Source of the DNA: Bacteroidales bacterium
GTDB taxonomy: Bacteria > Bacteroidota > Bacteroidia > Bacteroidales > UBA4417
Direction: 5' to 3'
DNA length: 64,000 bases
Assembly: GCA_035403165.1 (NCBI GenBank)
Contig: DAONEP010000003.1
Span: 32,888 to 96,887 of the forward strand
Part shown: positions 57,085-64,000 of the stretch, piece by piece
Position numbering within the stretch: the stretch's first letter is position 1
Layout of the letters: each line of letters starts with the position of its first letter
The notes under the pieces: generated by a model
Told to the model about the DNA's origin: nothing
The model's input: only the letters and a program-made list of their open reading frames with translations
Databases searched by the model: none
Translations under genes and position numbers: made by a program

Positions 57085-59082
57085 TTAACGGGCGATAATA
57101 AATCTTTGAGAAGCTGTCCGGTTGTTGTCGTGGTTCACAAGTCTGGCCAGGAAGATGCCGTTTTTCAGATTAGCGGCGCTCACCACAGGTCTGAAACTGT
57201 TTTGATAAACCATTCTTCCGGATGAATCAAATAATTCTAAATCAATATTATGGTCTGTTTTCCACTCCTGCGGCAATGCAATGTTGAATTCGTCAACTGT
57301 CACGGGATTTGGAAAAATAGTAAATAACGATGATGCGGATAGTTCCGGATTTGAAAGCGGGTTAACAAGCCCGACAACCGGCCTCAGCATCAACGATCCT
57401 GCATGCTGTTCATCGCTCATCTGCCAATTGCCGGAAACGTTGTAAAACCTTTTATCGTGTGAATCGTTATACCGGTCGAACCCGATATTAAGGTTGTCAA
57501 TTGAACTTTGTTGCCATCCTATGTAAAAGAGAAGGCCGGGAAACGATGTTTCATCAACAATTATAGGCGTATCGAACCAGAACGTCTGAAAAACATTCAG
57601 GCTGTCGGCATTTGCCGGAATGATATCTTTCATCTGGCCGACGATCTGTCCCGGAGCGCCAAGGTAATCGTTCCACACCGTCAGATCGATGTACTGATTG
57701 TTGGTGCCTGACAGCGTTTGATTGATGTAGAGTTGAATTCCTCTCAGCGTGTCAGCCACGTTGAGTTCAAACTGAACGGCATATGATCCTGCCGAACCGT
57801 TGAGCCCGACACCGGCTTCAGCAGTTCCGTCGTCGTATGCATAATAATTGCTGAACACCTGGGTGAAACTTATTGTATCGTTTTGTTTGATCAGTAAATT
57901 CGGGTCTGTGGTCAGAAAGTGGGTAGAATGAAAGACAACCTTCTGCTGATCGTTGGTGCCGATGGGGTAAAATGATTCCACCGGCGGATGGGCAAAGGGA
58001 GCGTAAGTGGAGTACCCGTATCCGGAATAAGGATATATGGAAAAATTGCCTGCATCGTATTCTTCATAAGGCTGTTGTGAATCCTTGCGGATAGTGTAGC
58101 CGTACGAGATATTGTGAGGTACGTTATCAATGTTGGCAATGCTGATATCCAGCGTATCCTTCATCTCGTTGAGGAAATTTTTCCGGTATTGCCGGTATGG
58201 CATAGCCTGGTAACGGCTGAGCATTGAAGGCGCTTTTTCGGCAAAGGCAATATCCTTCATGGCTGTATCATATTTCGACCGGCTTGTATTCAGATAAACC
58301 AGGTCGATGTTCCACTGGTCACCGTTGCTTTGCCAGTCGGGAACATAGCTGTTGGCCAGGCTTGCATAATTGCGGAAACGGAAACGGAACCCTTTTTTAA
58401 AGTACCTGGCGCTGTCCGTAACGGGTATCATTACCTGCTTGAAGTACCCGTGGTTTTCAAGGGCAAAAGTATCAACCTGAACGCCTCCCGGTGAAGACCA
58501 AATGACATCCCAGCGAGGGGAATAAGTTGTATCGGTTTCGGTAATCAGGGTATCGAAATTGGCCGGCGAATGGAATTCGAGCAGGAGTGAATCTTTTTTG
58601 GCAGGCATAGCGCCGCGTCCCTGGGGTTGATAATAAAAACTCAGGTAAACGGAATCGCTGATTGTGATGGCTTTCGGGACCGGTGAAAATATTGAATCGA
58701 GGCGGATAGGCTGGGATGTGAGTTTGTCAGCTTCAAAAGGGTATGATCCTGCTTCCGGATAAAGGGCCCCTGTTTCATCAATGGCATCAAGGGTGGCTAC
58801 ACCGATAGTAAGCGGATGCCAGGCATAATCAGTATTAATAAATGCATAGTTGTCGGCCCATTTTTCCGGCAACGGCCAAACGGTGATTCTGGAAAAATCG
58901 TCGTAAAAAGGAAGCGTGTTGTAGACCGTATCATAGTTGGCTGCGCACTTTAACCCTGCCTGACAAAATTTATTTTTAACGGTAATGTTATACTCAAGCC
59001 CTGAAACTACTTCCTGGGCAAAAGCCTGGAATGTTGCTGAAAGGCAAAACAAAAGGAATATGGTGATTTTATATCTCATCAT
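57085..59082 (-). CDS. hypothetical secreted protein with T9SS C-terminal sorting domain
   Basis: Signal peptide ending AFAQ. C-terminus FTIFPNPVTVDEFNIALP...NGIFLARLVNHDNNRTASQRFIIAR. Confidence 0.6.
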   Translation of the reverse strand: MMRYKITIFLLFCLSATFQAFAQEVVSGLEYNITVKNKFCQAGLKCAANYDTVYNTLPFYDDFSRITVWPLPEKWADNYAFINTDYAWHPLTIGVATLDAIDETGALYPEAGSYPFEADKLTSQPIRLDSIFSPVPKAITISDSVYLSFYYQPQGRGAMPAKKDSLLLEFHSPANFDTLITETDTTYSPRWDVIWSSPGGVQVDTFALENHGYFKQVMIPVTDSARYFKKGFRFRFRNYASLANSYVPDWQSNGDQWNIDLVYLNTSRSKYDTAMKDIAFAEKAPSMLSRYQAMPYRQYRKNFLNEMKDTLDISIANIDNVPHNISYGYTIRKDSQQPYEEYDAGNFSIYPYSGYGYSTYAPFAHPPVESFYPIGTNDQQKVVFHSTHFLTTDPNLLIKQNDTISFTQVFSNYYAYDDGTAEAGVGLNGSAGSYAVQFELNVADTLRGIQLYINQTLSGTNNQYIDLTVWNDYLGAPGQIVGQMKDIIPANADSLNVFQTFWFDTPIIVDETSFPGLLFYIGWQQSSIDNLNIGFDRYNDSHDKRFYNVSGNWQMSDEQHAGSLMLRPVVGLVNPLSNPELSASSLFTIFPNPVTVDEFNIALPQEWKTDHNIDLELFDSSGRMVYQNSFRPVVSAANLKNGIFLARLVNHDNNRTASQRFIIAR

Positions 59083-59088
59083 AAATGT

Positions 59089-59922
59089 TTAATAATCAAT
59101 GGATGCACTGTCGTTTTGTATGGTGTCGATAACGAGTTGCTTGATGTAAGTGTCGAAATCGAAAGATTCCGATGATCTGTATGTGAGGCTGATTGCTGAA
59201 GAGCTTCTGACGGTAAGCCCGTATACATAGGCCGGGTTTTGCTGATATACCCGGGCATCAAGGCTGTCGCCGTCGATGAATTTTTCGTCGCCAACGAGTA
59301 ATCCGAGTTGTTGAAGTTCCACCTGGGCTTCTGCACGGGTCTTACCGATCAGGAAAGGAATCTGGAAAGCTCCCGATCCTGTGCCAAGCCCGACCACGAG
59401 GTCGATGGTAGAACCTTTGCTGATAGATGTGCCGGGGCTTATTGACGAACCGTTATGCGACATCCGGAGCACCATGTTTTTGGCAATGTCGGGTATCATT
59501 GAAACATTGCCTAATCTTAACCCGTATGTTTCGAGCAAGGCCTTGGCCTGGCGTATCGAAAGGTCCACAAGATCAGGCATTTTTACTTTTTCGGGTACGG
59601 TAGCAACAACCGAAATATAGATAATCCTGCCTGGTTTTACGATCGAGTTTGGAAGAGGATCCTGCATGGTGATCGTTCCTCCTTTTTTTGTGAGGTCGAA
59701 GACGGAATCGACTACGACATAATTAAAATCATCGCTCGATTCAAGCTCCTGAGCCTGGGCCAGCGTGAGTCCTGTGATCTTGGGGACGGTCACGGTTTCC
59801 CCATGGCGCGTGTATTGTTTCAGGATCATCAGGATTATCCAGGCAAGCACGATGGTTATGAGAACCGAAAGCAGGAAATGTTTGACAAATTTCCGGGTAG
59901 TGATAAACTGGATAAAATTCAT
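59089..59922 (-). CDS. PASTA domain-containing membrane protein
   Basis: N-terminal TM helix followed by three PASTA-like repeats (VPKITGLTLAQAQELES.., MPDLVDLSIRQAKALLE.., IPFLIGKTRAEAQVELQ..). Confidence 0.8.
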   Translation of the reverse strand: MNFIQFITTRKFVKHFLLSVLITIVLAWIILMILKQYTRHGETVTVPKITGLTLAQAQELESSDDFNYVVVDSVFDLTKKGGTITMQDPLPNSIVKPGRIIYISVVATVPEKVKMPDLVDLSIRQAKALLETYGLRLGNVSMIPDIAKNMVLRMSHNGSSISPGTSISKGSTIDLVVGLGTGSGAFQIPFLIGKTRAEAQVELQQLGLLVGDEKFIDGDSLDARVYQQNPAYVYGLTVRSSSAISLTYRSSESFDFDTYIKQLVIDTIQNDSASIDY

Positions 59923-60011
59923 GGTGTATTGCTGGAGCGTTCCTTGTTGGGTGTTTTAACAGCCATGTGAAGTAATAACTGCCAAAAGGCCTGTTTATTG
60001 TCTGTTTGGTG

Positions 60012-60019
60012 CAAAGATA
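60012..60019 (-). promoter_or_regulatory. -7 promoter box (TATCTTTG on minus strand) for the PASTA/T9SS-cargo/rluD operon
   Basis: Plus strand reads caaagata. Sits in the divergent region shared with ddl. Confidence 0.4.
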
Positions 60020-60056
60020 AGAATTTATACAGCCGCCACTGTTGATGATTTGTCAT

Positions 60057-60064
60057 TACCTTTG
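60057..60064 (+). promoter_or_regulatory. -7 promoter box TACCTTTG upstream of ddl
   Basis: Exact TAnnTTTG match just after the TTG start (60050) of the track ORF. Favours ATG 60104. Confidence 0.45.
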
Positions 60065-60103
60065 CGGCGTCTGTTAAAGCTTTGCTTGGAATTACCAAAG
60101 ATC

Positions 60104-61096
60104 ATGAAATCAAAGAAAAACATTGCCCTGTTAATGGGCGGAGATTCAGGCGAATTTGAAGTTTCAGTGGCCAGTGCAGCCGTCATCAGGAGAAATATAG
60201 ATGAAACCCTGTACAACGTATATCCTGTCCTGGTTCATGCGGGCGAATGGATTTATACGCCTGATGAAAAAACAGGGATTCCTGTGGATAAGAACTCATT
60301 CAGCGTGCTGACCCACAATGAACGGATTTTTTTTGACTGCGCCTTTATAGCCATTCACGGAACCCCCGGTGAAGATGGGAAACTGCAGGGGTATCTTGAC
60401 ATGGCTCATATCCCTTATACAAGTTGTGACCTGACAACTTCGGCCATCACCTTTAACAAGTATTTCAGCAATGACCTGGCTCTTCAATATGGTATGAATG
60501 TTGCCGCTACGGTAATGCTTCGTCGTATGGAATCCTGGGATACAGAATCCCTGATCAGAAAAGTAGGAATGCCATGCTTTGTGAAACCAAACAAAGCCGG
60601 ATCGAGTTGTGGCGTTACAAAAGTTTACCATCCTGAAGATATAGAGAAAGCCGTAAACAAAGCCTTTGCCGAGGATGATGAAGTGCTTGTTCAACAATTC
60701 ATCAAAGGAAGGGAGCTGGCCTGCGGTGTGTTCAGGCGTAAAGGAAATATTGTTGTATTGCCGGTGACTGAAGTAATTCCGAAAAATGATTTTTTCGATT
60801 ACGAAGCCAAGTACACATCAGGAATGTCGGAAGAAATCACCCCGGCATCGTTGACCGGGGAGGAAGTGGCGGAATGCAACCGCATTACAGCTTACCTTTA
60901 TGACAAGTTCAACTGCAAAGGGGTAGTGCGGTTCGATTATTTCCTGGATAACGGCAAATTCTGGTTTCTCGAAGTGAATACCGTCCCCGGCTTATCCGAT
61001 GGCAGTATAGTGCCTAAACAGGCTGTGGCTGCCGGATACAGCCTGAAGGAATTTTTCGGCATCCTCATTGAAGAGGCTCTTGCCGGAACAAAGTAA
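60104..61096 (+). CDS. ddl: D-alanine--D-alanine ligase
   Basis: MKSKKNIALLMGGDSGEFEVS..., HGTPGEDGKLQG, ATP-grasp blocks PCFVKPNKAGSS.G and EVNTVPG. Confidence 0.93.
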   Translation: MKSKKNIALLMGGDSGEFEVSVASAAVIRRNIDETLYNVYPVLVHAGEWIYTPDEKTGIPVDKNSFSVLTHNERIFFDCAFIAIHGTPGEDGKLQGYLDMAHIPYTSCDLTTSAITFNKYFSNDLALQYGMNVAATVMLRRMESWDTESLIRKVGMPCFVKPNKAGSSCGVTKVYHPEDIEKAVNKAFAEDDEVLVQQFIKGRELACGVFRRKGNIVVLPVTEVIPKNDFFDYEAKYTSGMSEEITPASLTGEEVAECNRITAYLYDKFNCKGVVRFDYFLDNGKFWFLEVNTVPGLSDGSIVPKQAVAAGYSLKEFFGILIEEALAGTK

Positions 61097-61110
61097 AGGC
61101 GGCAATTCCC

Positions 61111-61710
61111 TTAGCGGGATGCTGCATTATTCATATTTTTTCTGAGAAATTCACCCAACTTGCCGGCGGCAATGGCCCGGTGGCTTATTTTATTCTTTTC
61201 GACCAAAGGCATTTCGGCAAAAGTGACATCGTAGCCTTCGGGAACGAAAACGGGGTCGTACCCGAACCCTTCTTTTCCCCGCATTTCTTCAATGATCCTG
61301 CCATTGATCACCCCATCGAAAAAGTATTGATCTCCGCCGGTCAGAAATGCGATTACCGTCCTGAATCGTGCCGAACGGTTGGTTACGCCTTTCAATTCGT
61401 TCAGCAATTTGATCGTGTTGGCCTTAAAATCGTGATTGTTGCCTGCATAACGGGCTGAATATACACCCGGGCGGCCATCCAGCGCATCAACTTCCAGGCC
61501 GGTATCGTCGGCAAAACAATCCAGACCAAAATGCTCCCTGACATACTGAGCTTTCTGGAGCGCATTGCCCTGAAGCGTACCGGCTGTTTCGGGGATATCC
61601 TCATGACAGCCTATGTCCGAAAGACCTTTGATAATAAAATGCGGACCTGCCAGGTTCCTGATTTCTTCTAATTTATGCTGGTTGTTCGTGGCAAATACTA
61701 TTTCCCTCAT
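61111..61710 (-). CDS. rdgB: RdgB/HAM1 non-canonical purine NTP pyrophosphatase
   Basis: [17 protein letters not shown]...NA..KA, GFGYDP.F and SHR motifs. Confidence 0.9.
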   Translation of the reverse strand: MREIVFATNNQHKLEEIRNLAGPHFIIKGLSDIGCHEDIPETAGTLQGNALQKAQYVREHFGLDCFADDTGLEVDALDGRPGVYSARYAGNNHDFKANTIKLLNELKGVTNRSARFRTVIAFLTGGDQYFFDGVINGRIIEEMRGKEGFGYDPVFVPEGYDVTFAEMPLVEKNKISHRAIAAGKLGEFLRKNMNNAASR

Positions 61711-61726
61711 CTATAGTGTTTTAGGG

Positions 61727-62400
61727 GGTGTTGTTCGTGATTCGTTTTGCGTTTTGTGTTATGATTTTTGCATTCTGCGTTCTGCGTTCTGTGTTTCAGC
61801 GTTTCAGCGTTTCAGGTTTTGTTTAGTTGTTAGCCGTTGGCCGTTAGCCGTTAGCCTGGCGTCTTACCCACAACCTTGCACAGGCAGGTAAACTTTTAGC
61901 GTTCTGCGTTTTGTGTTTTGCGTTCTGTGTTCTGCGTTCTGCGTTCTGCGTTTCGTGGAATTCGTAATTGACATTCGTGGAATTTGTGGTTCGTTTTTCG
62001 TGGGCAGGGTTTCAGTGTTTCCGGTTTTGTTTGGCTGTTAGCTTTTAGCTTTTAGCTCTTGGCCTTTGACGTTTTGAGTTTTGAGTTTTGAGTTCTGAGT
62101 TTTGAGTTCTGCGTTCTGCGTTTCGTGGAATTCGTAATTGACATTCGTGGAATTCGTGGTTCGTGATTCGTTGTTCGTGTTTTGCGTTTTGCGTTTTGCG
62201 TTTCGTGGTTCGTTGTTCGTGGGCAGGGTTTCAGTGTTTCCGGTTTTGTTTGGCAGTTAGCTTTTAGCTTTTAGCTCTTGGCCTTTGACGTTTTGAGTTT
62301 TGAGTTTTGAGTTCTGAGTTCTGAGTTTTGAGTTTTGAGTTCTGCGTTCTATGTTCTCGTCCTCCGTCCTCCATTCTCCATCCTCCGTCCTCCGTCCTAC
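61727..62400. repeat. mosaic of tandem heptanucleotide (and one octanucleotide) repeat families with a 170/233-bp higher-order duplication
   Basis: Runs of GTTCTGC/GTTTTGC, TTCGTGG-type, GTTTCAGC, TTAGCCG/TTAGCTT, GTTTTGA/GTTCTGA and CGTCCTC. 61936-62105 and 62106-62338 are near-identical apart from indels of 49 and 14 nt. Confidence 0.92.
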
Positions 62401-62402
62401 CC

Positions 62403-62876
62403 TTATCCGTTATGGTAAGGTTCATTCCTGATGATCGTCATGGCGCGGTACAACTGTTCTGCGAACAGCAACCGTATCATCTGATGGGTAAAAGTCATCC
62501 GGGAAAGAGAGAGAGCGAAATCTGCCTTCTTTTTTATTTCGTCCGATACTCCGAAAGCCCCGCCTATTATAAATACAAGATCCTTAATACCGGTATTCAC
62601 CTGTTTCTGAATGAAATCAGCAAACCCAACCGAGGTATAACCTGTGCCGTTTTCATCAAGCAAAACGATGGTGCATTTTTCCGGAAGCTTTTTTATCAGG
62701 ATTTCTGCTTCTTTTGATTTTATCTGTTGCGGGGTTAAATTTTTACGCTCCCTCAGGTCGGGTATCTCAACCCAATCCACAGTAAGATAGTGTTTCAGCC
62801 GTCCCGTAAAAAGGGAAATGCCTTCCTTGAGGTAGCAGTCGTTAGTTTTCCCGATCATCAGGATGGTTACGTTCAT
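62403..62876 (-). CDS. rlmH: 23S rRNA (pseudouridine1915-N3)-methyltransferase RlmH
   Basis: SPOUT fold, MNVTILMIGKT...LDE.G...S..FA....IGGA.G.......A....SLS.MTF.HQ..R..L.EQLYRA. Start at ATG 62876, downstream of a -7 box. Confidence 0.9.
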   Translation of the reverse strand: MNVTILMIGKTNDCYLKEGISLFTGRLKHYLTVDWVEIPDLRERKNLTPQQIKSKEAEILIKKLPEKCTIVLLDENGTGYTSVGFADFIQKQVNTGIKDLVFIIGGAFGVSDEIKKKADFALSLSRMTFTHQMIRLLFAEQLYRAMTIIRNEPYHNG

Positions 62877-62903
62877 TTCGCCTCCTTTCATACTCCCGAA
62901 TGC

Positions 62904-62911
62904 CAAAGATA
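62904..62911 (-). promoter_or_regulatory. -7 promoter box (TATCTTTG on minus strand) upstream of rlmH
   Basis: Plus strand reads caaagata. It overlaps the ATG start (62906) used by the track ORF and lies about 28 nt upstream of ATG 62876. Confidence 0.45.
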
Positions 62912-63001
62912 GTAACAGGTAATCATTTCCGGGATGACGGTATTATATTTTTCACTACTTTGGTTCGATTTTTGTAATTCAACGAGCATTCAGCGATAGC
63001 A

Positions 63002-63406
63002 ATGAAAAAGATATTTTTAATAATGGCAGGCATGTTGTTTTCCCTTTCTGCGCTGCAGGTTCAGGCTGAGCCGCCTTTGGCAGGCATTCTCGAAAATGTT
63101 GCCGCTGCCATCCGTTCCGGGAACTCCAGGGAACTAGCAAAATATTTTTCGAGTTCGGTGGAAGTTTCCCTTCCTGAGAAAGACGGGTCCTTCAGCAAAG
63201 CTCAAGCCGAAATGGTGATGAAAGATTTTTTCGCAAAGAATCCGCCGGTTTCTTTCACTGTTAATCAGCAAGGTGCTTCAAGCGGCGGGTCCCAGTTTAT
63301 GATCGGATCCTACAAATGTGGCAGTAAAGTGTTCAGAACCTACGTGTTATTCAAGCCCGTAAACGGCCAGTTGTTTATTCAACAGATTGAATTCGAGACC
63401 GATTGA
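63002..63406 (+). CDS. DUF4783-like secreted protein
   Basis: Signal peptide. 134 aa. Conserved position between rlmH and nadC as in other Bacteroidota. Family name recalled from memory. Confidence 0.55.
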   Translation: MKKIFLIMAGMLFSLSALQVQAEPPLAGILENVAAAIRSGNSRELAKYFSSSVEVSLPEKDGSFSKAQAEMVMKDFFAKNPPVSFTVNQQGASSGGSQFMIGSYKCGSKVFRTYVLFKPVNGQLFIQQIEFETD

Positions 63407-63424
63407 TTTTCGGAGAAGGCTGGT

Positions 63425-63432
63425 TATCTTTG
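63425..63432 (+). promoter_or_regulatory. -7 promoter box TATCTTTG upstream of nadC
   Basis: Exact TAnnTTTG match, 21 nt before GTG 63453. Confidence 0.4.
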
Positions 63433-63452
63433 CGGCAACTAAAAAAGCCGAC

Positions 63453-64000
63453 GTGACCATACATCAAATTATTTCAGAAGCGCTGCGCGAAGATATTGGC
63501 AGCGGCGATCATACATCACTCTCCACTATTCCCGGAAATGCTTCAGGCAAAGCCCGTTTGCTGGTCAAAGAAGACGGTATTCTTGCCGGGGTAGATGTTG
63601 CGCTGGAGGTATTCCGCCAGGTTGATCCCGATATCCGGGTGGATGTATTCATACAGGATGGCAATCCTGTTAAGAAAGGAGATATAGTTTTTGAGGTTTC
63701 GGGACGTTCCATTTCATTGCTCACAGCCGAGCGCACTGTGCTGAATTTTATGCAGAGGATGAGCGGAATTGCCACGCAAACGCATAAGATGGTTTCAAAA
63801 CTCGAGGGGCTTCACACCCGGATACTCGATACGCGTAAAACAACGCCCGTATTGCGCGAACTCGAAAAAATGGCTGTAAGAATTGGGGGAGGCTGCAATC
63901 ACAGATTCGGGCTTTATGATATGATCCTTATCAAGGATAATCACGTTGATTTTGCCGGTGGTATTGCCAATGCAATCGATGCAGCGCTTAAATACCTTGA
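63453..64000 (+). CDS. nadC: nicotinate-nucleotide diphosphorylase (carboxylating) NadC, 5' part (runs off the window; not in the ORF track)
   Basis: Hand translation from GTG 63453 gives VTIHQIISEALREDIGSGDHTS...LLTAERTVLNFMQRMSGIAT...ILDTRKTTP..R.LEK.AV..GGG.NHR.GLYD..LIKDNH. The frame is open to base 64000. The start codon choice is uncertain. Confidence 0.85.
   Translation, partial: MTIHQIISEALREDIGSGDHTSLSTIPGNASGKARLLVKEDGILAGVDVALEVFRQVDPDIRVDVFIQDGNPVKKGDIVFEVSGRSISLLTAERTVLNFMQRMSGIATQTHKMVSKLEGLHTRILDTRKTTPVLRELEKMAVRIGGGCNHRFGLYDMILIKDNHVDFAGGIANAIDAALKYL

Noticed and set aside
61613-61891. 92-aa + strand ORF running from inside rdgB (antisense) into the repeat tract, and the similar 129-aa ORF at 62328-62717
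   Set aside because: Both are low-complexity translations of heptamer repeats (Cys/Phe/Val/Ser-rich) that overlap real genes (rdgB, rlmH) on the opposite strand. The 7-nt periodicity puts stops in all frames elsewhere in the tract.
61727-62400. Possible CRISPR array, given the many short repeats
   Set aside because: The repeat units are 7-8 nt and directly abutting, with no unique spacers of 25-40 nt. There are no cas genes in the window. This is a tandem micro/minisatellite mosaic, not a CRISPR.

Overview
This 64-kb window looks like core chromosome of a Bacteroidota (Bacteroidia-like) organism. Evidence for that placement: five proteins with T9SS C-terminal sorting domains, many TAnnTTTG -7 promoter boxes, a DUF4295 gene after rpmG, the rlmH/DUF4783/nadC and PASTA/rluD/ddl neighbourhoods, and a TSP3-OmpA protein. 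Most genes are housekeeping: dnaA, ftsY, rimO, rpmG, smpB, arfB, prmC, xerD, aroQ, ddl, rluD, rlmH, rdgB and the start of nadC. There are three tRNAs: Arg-ACG, Ser-TGA and Ser-CGA. Two riboswitches each control a TonB-dependent receptor: a cobalamin element on the + strand near 9.85-10.03 kb and a TPP element on the - strand near 26.53-26.61 kb. Other content includes a TetR/TolC/HlyD/2x ABC-2 permease operon with no ATPase gene, and a partial futalosine menaquinone cluster (mqnB, mqnD, an MqnC/E-type radical SAM enzyme) interrupted by a T9SS-secreted trypsin-like protease. I found no CRISPR array, transposon, prophage or recognisable multi-gene defence or secretion system. The most unusual feature is non-coding. 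The roughly 0.69-kb spacer between rlmH and rdgB (about 61727-62400) is almost entirely made of several families of tandem 7-nt repeats. These are arranged into two near-identical higher-order units of 170 and 233 bp that differ only by indels of exact multiples of 7 nt. The spacer ends in a GGAGGA-rich array directly after the rlmH stop codon. All calls come from reading the translations and sequence by eye, with no database searches, so family names are recognitions and not search results.
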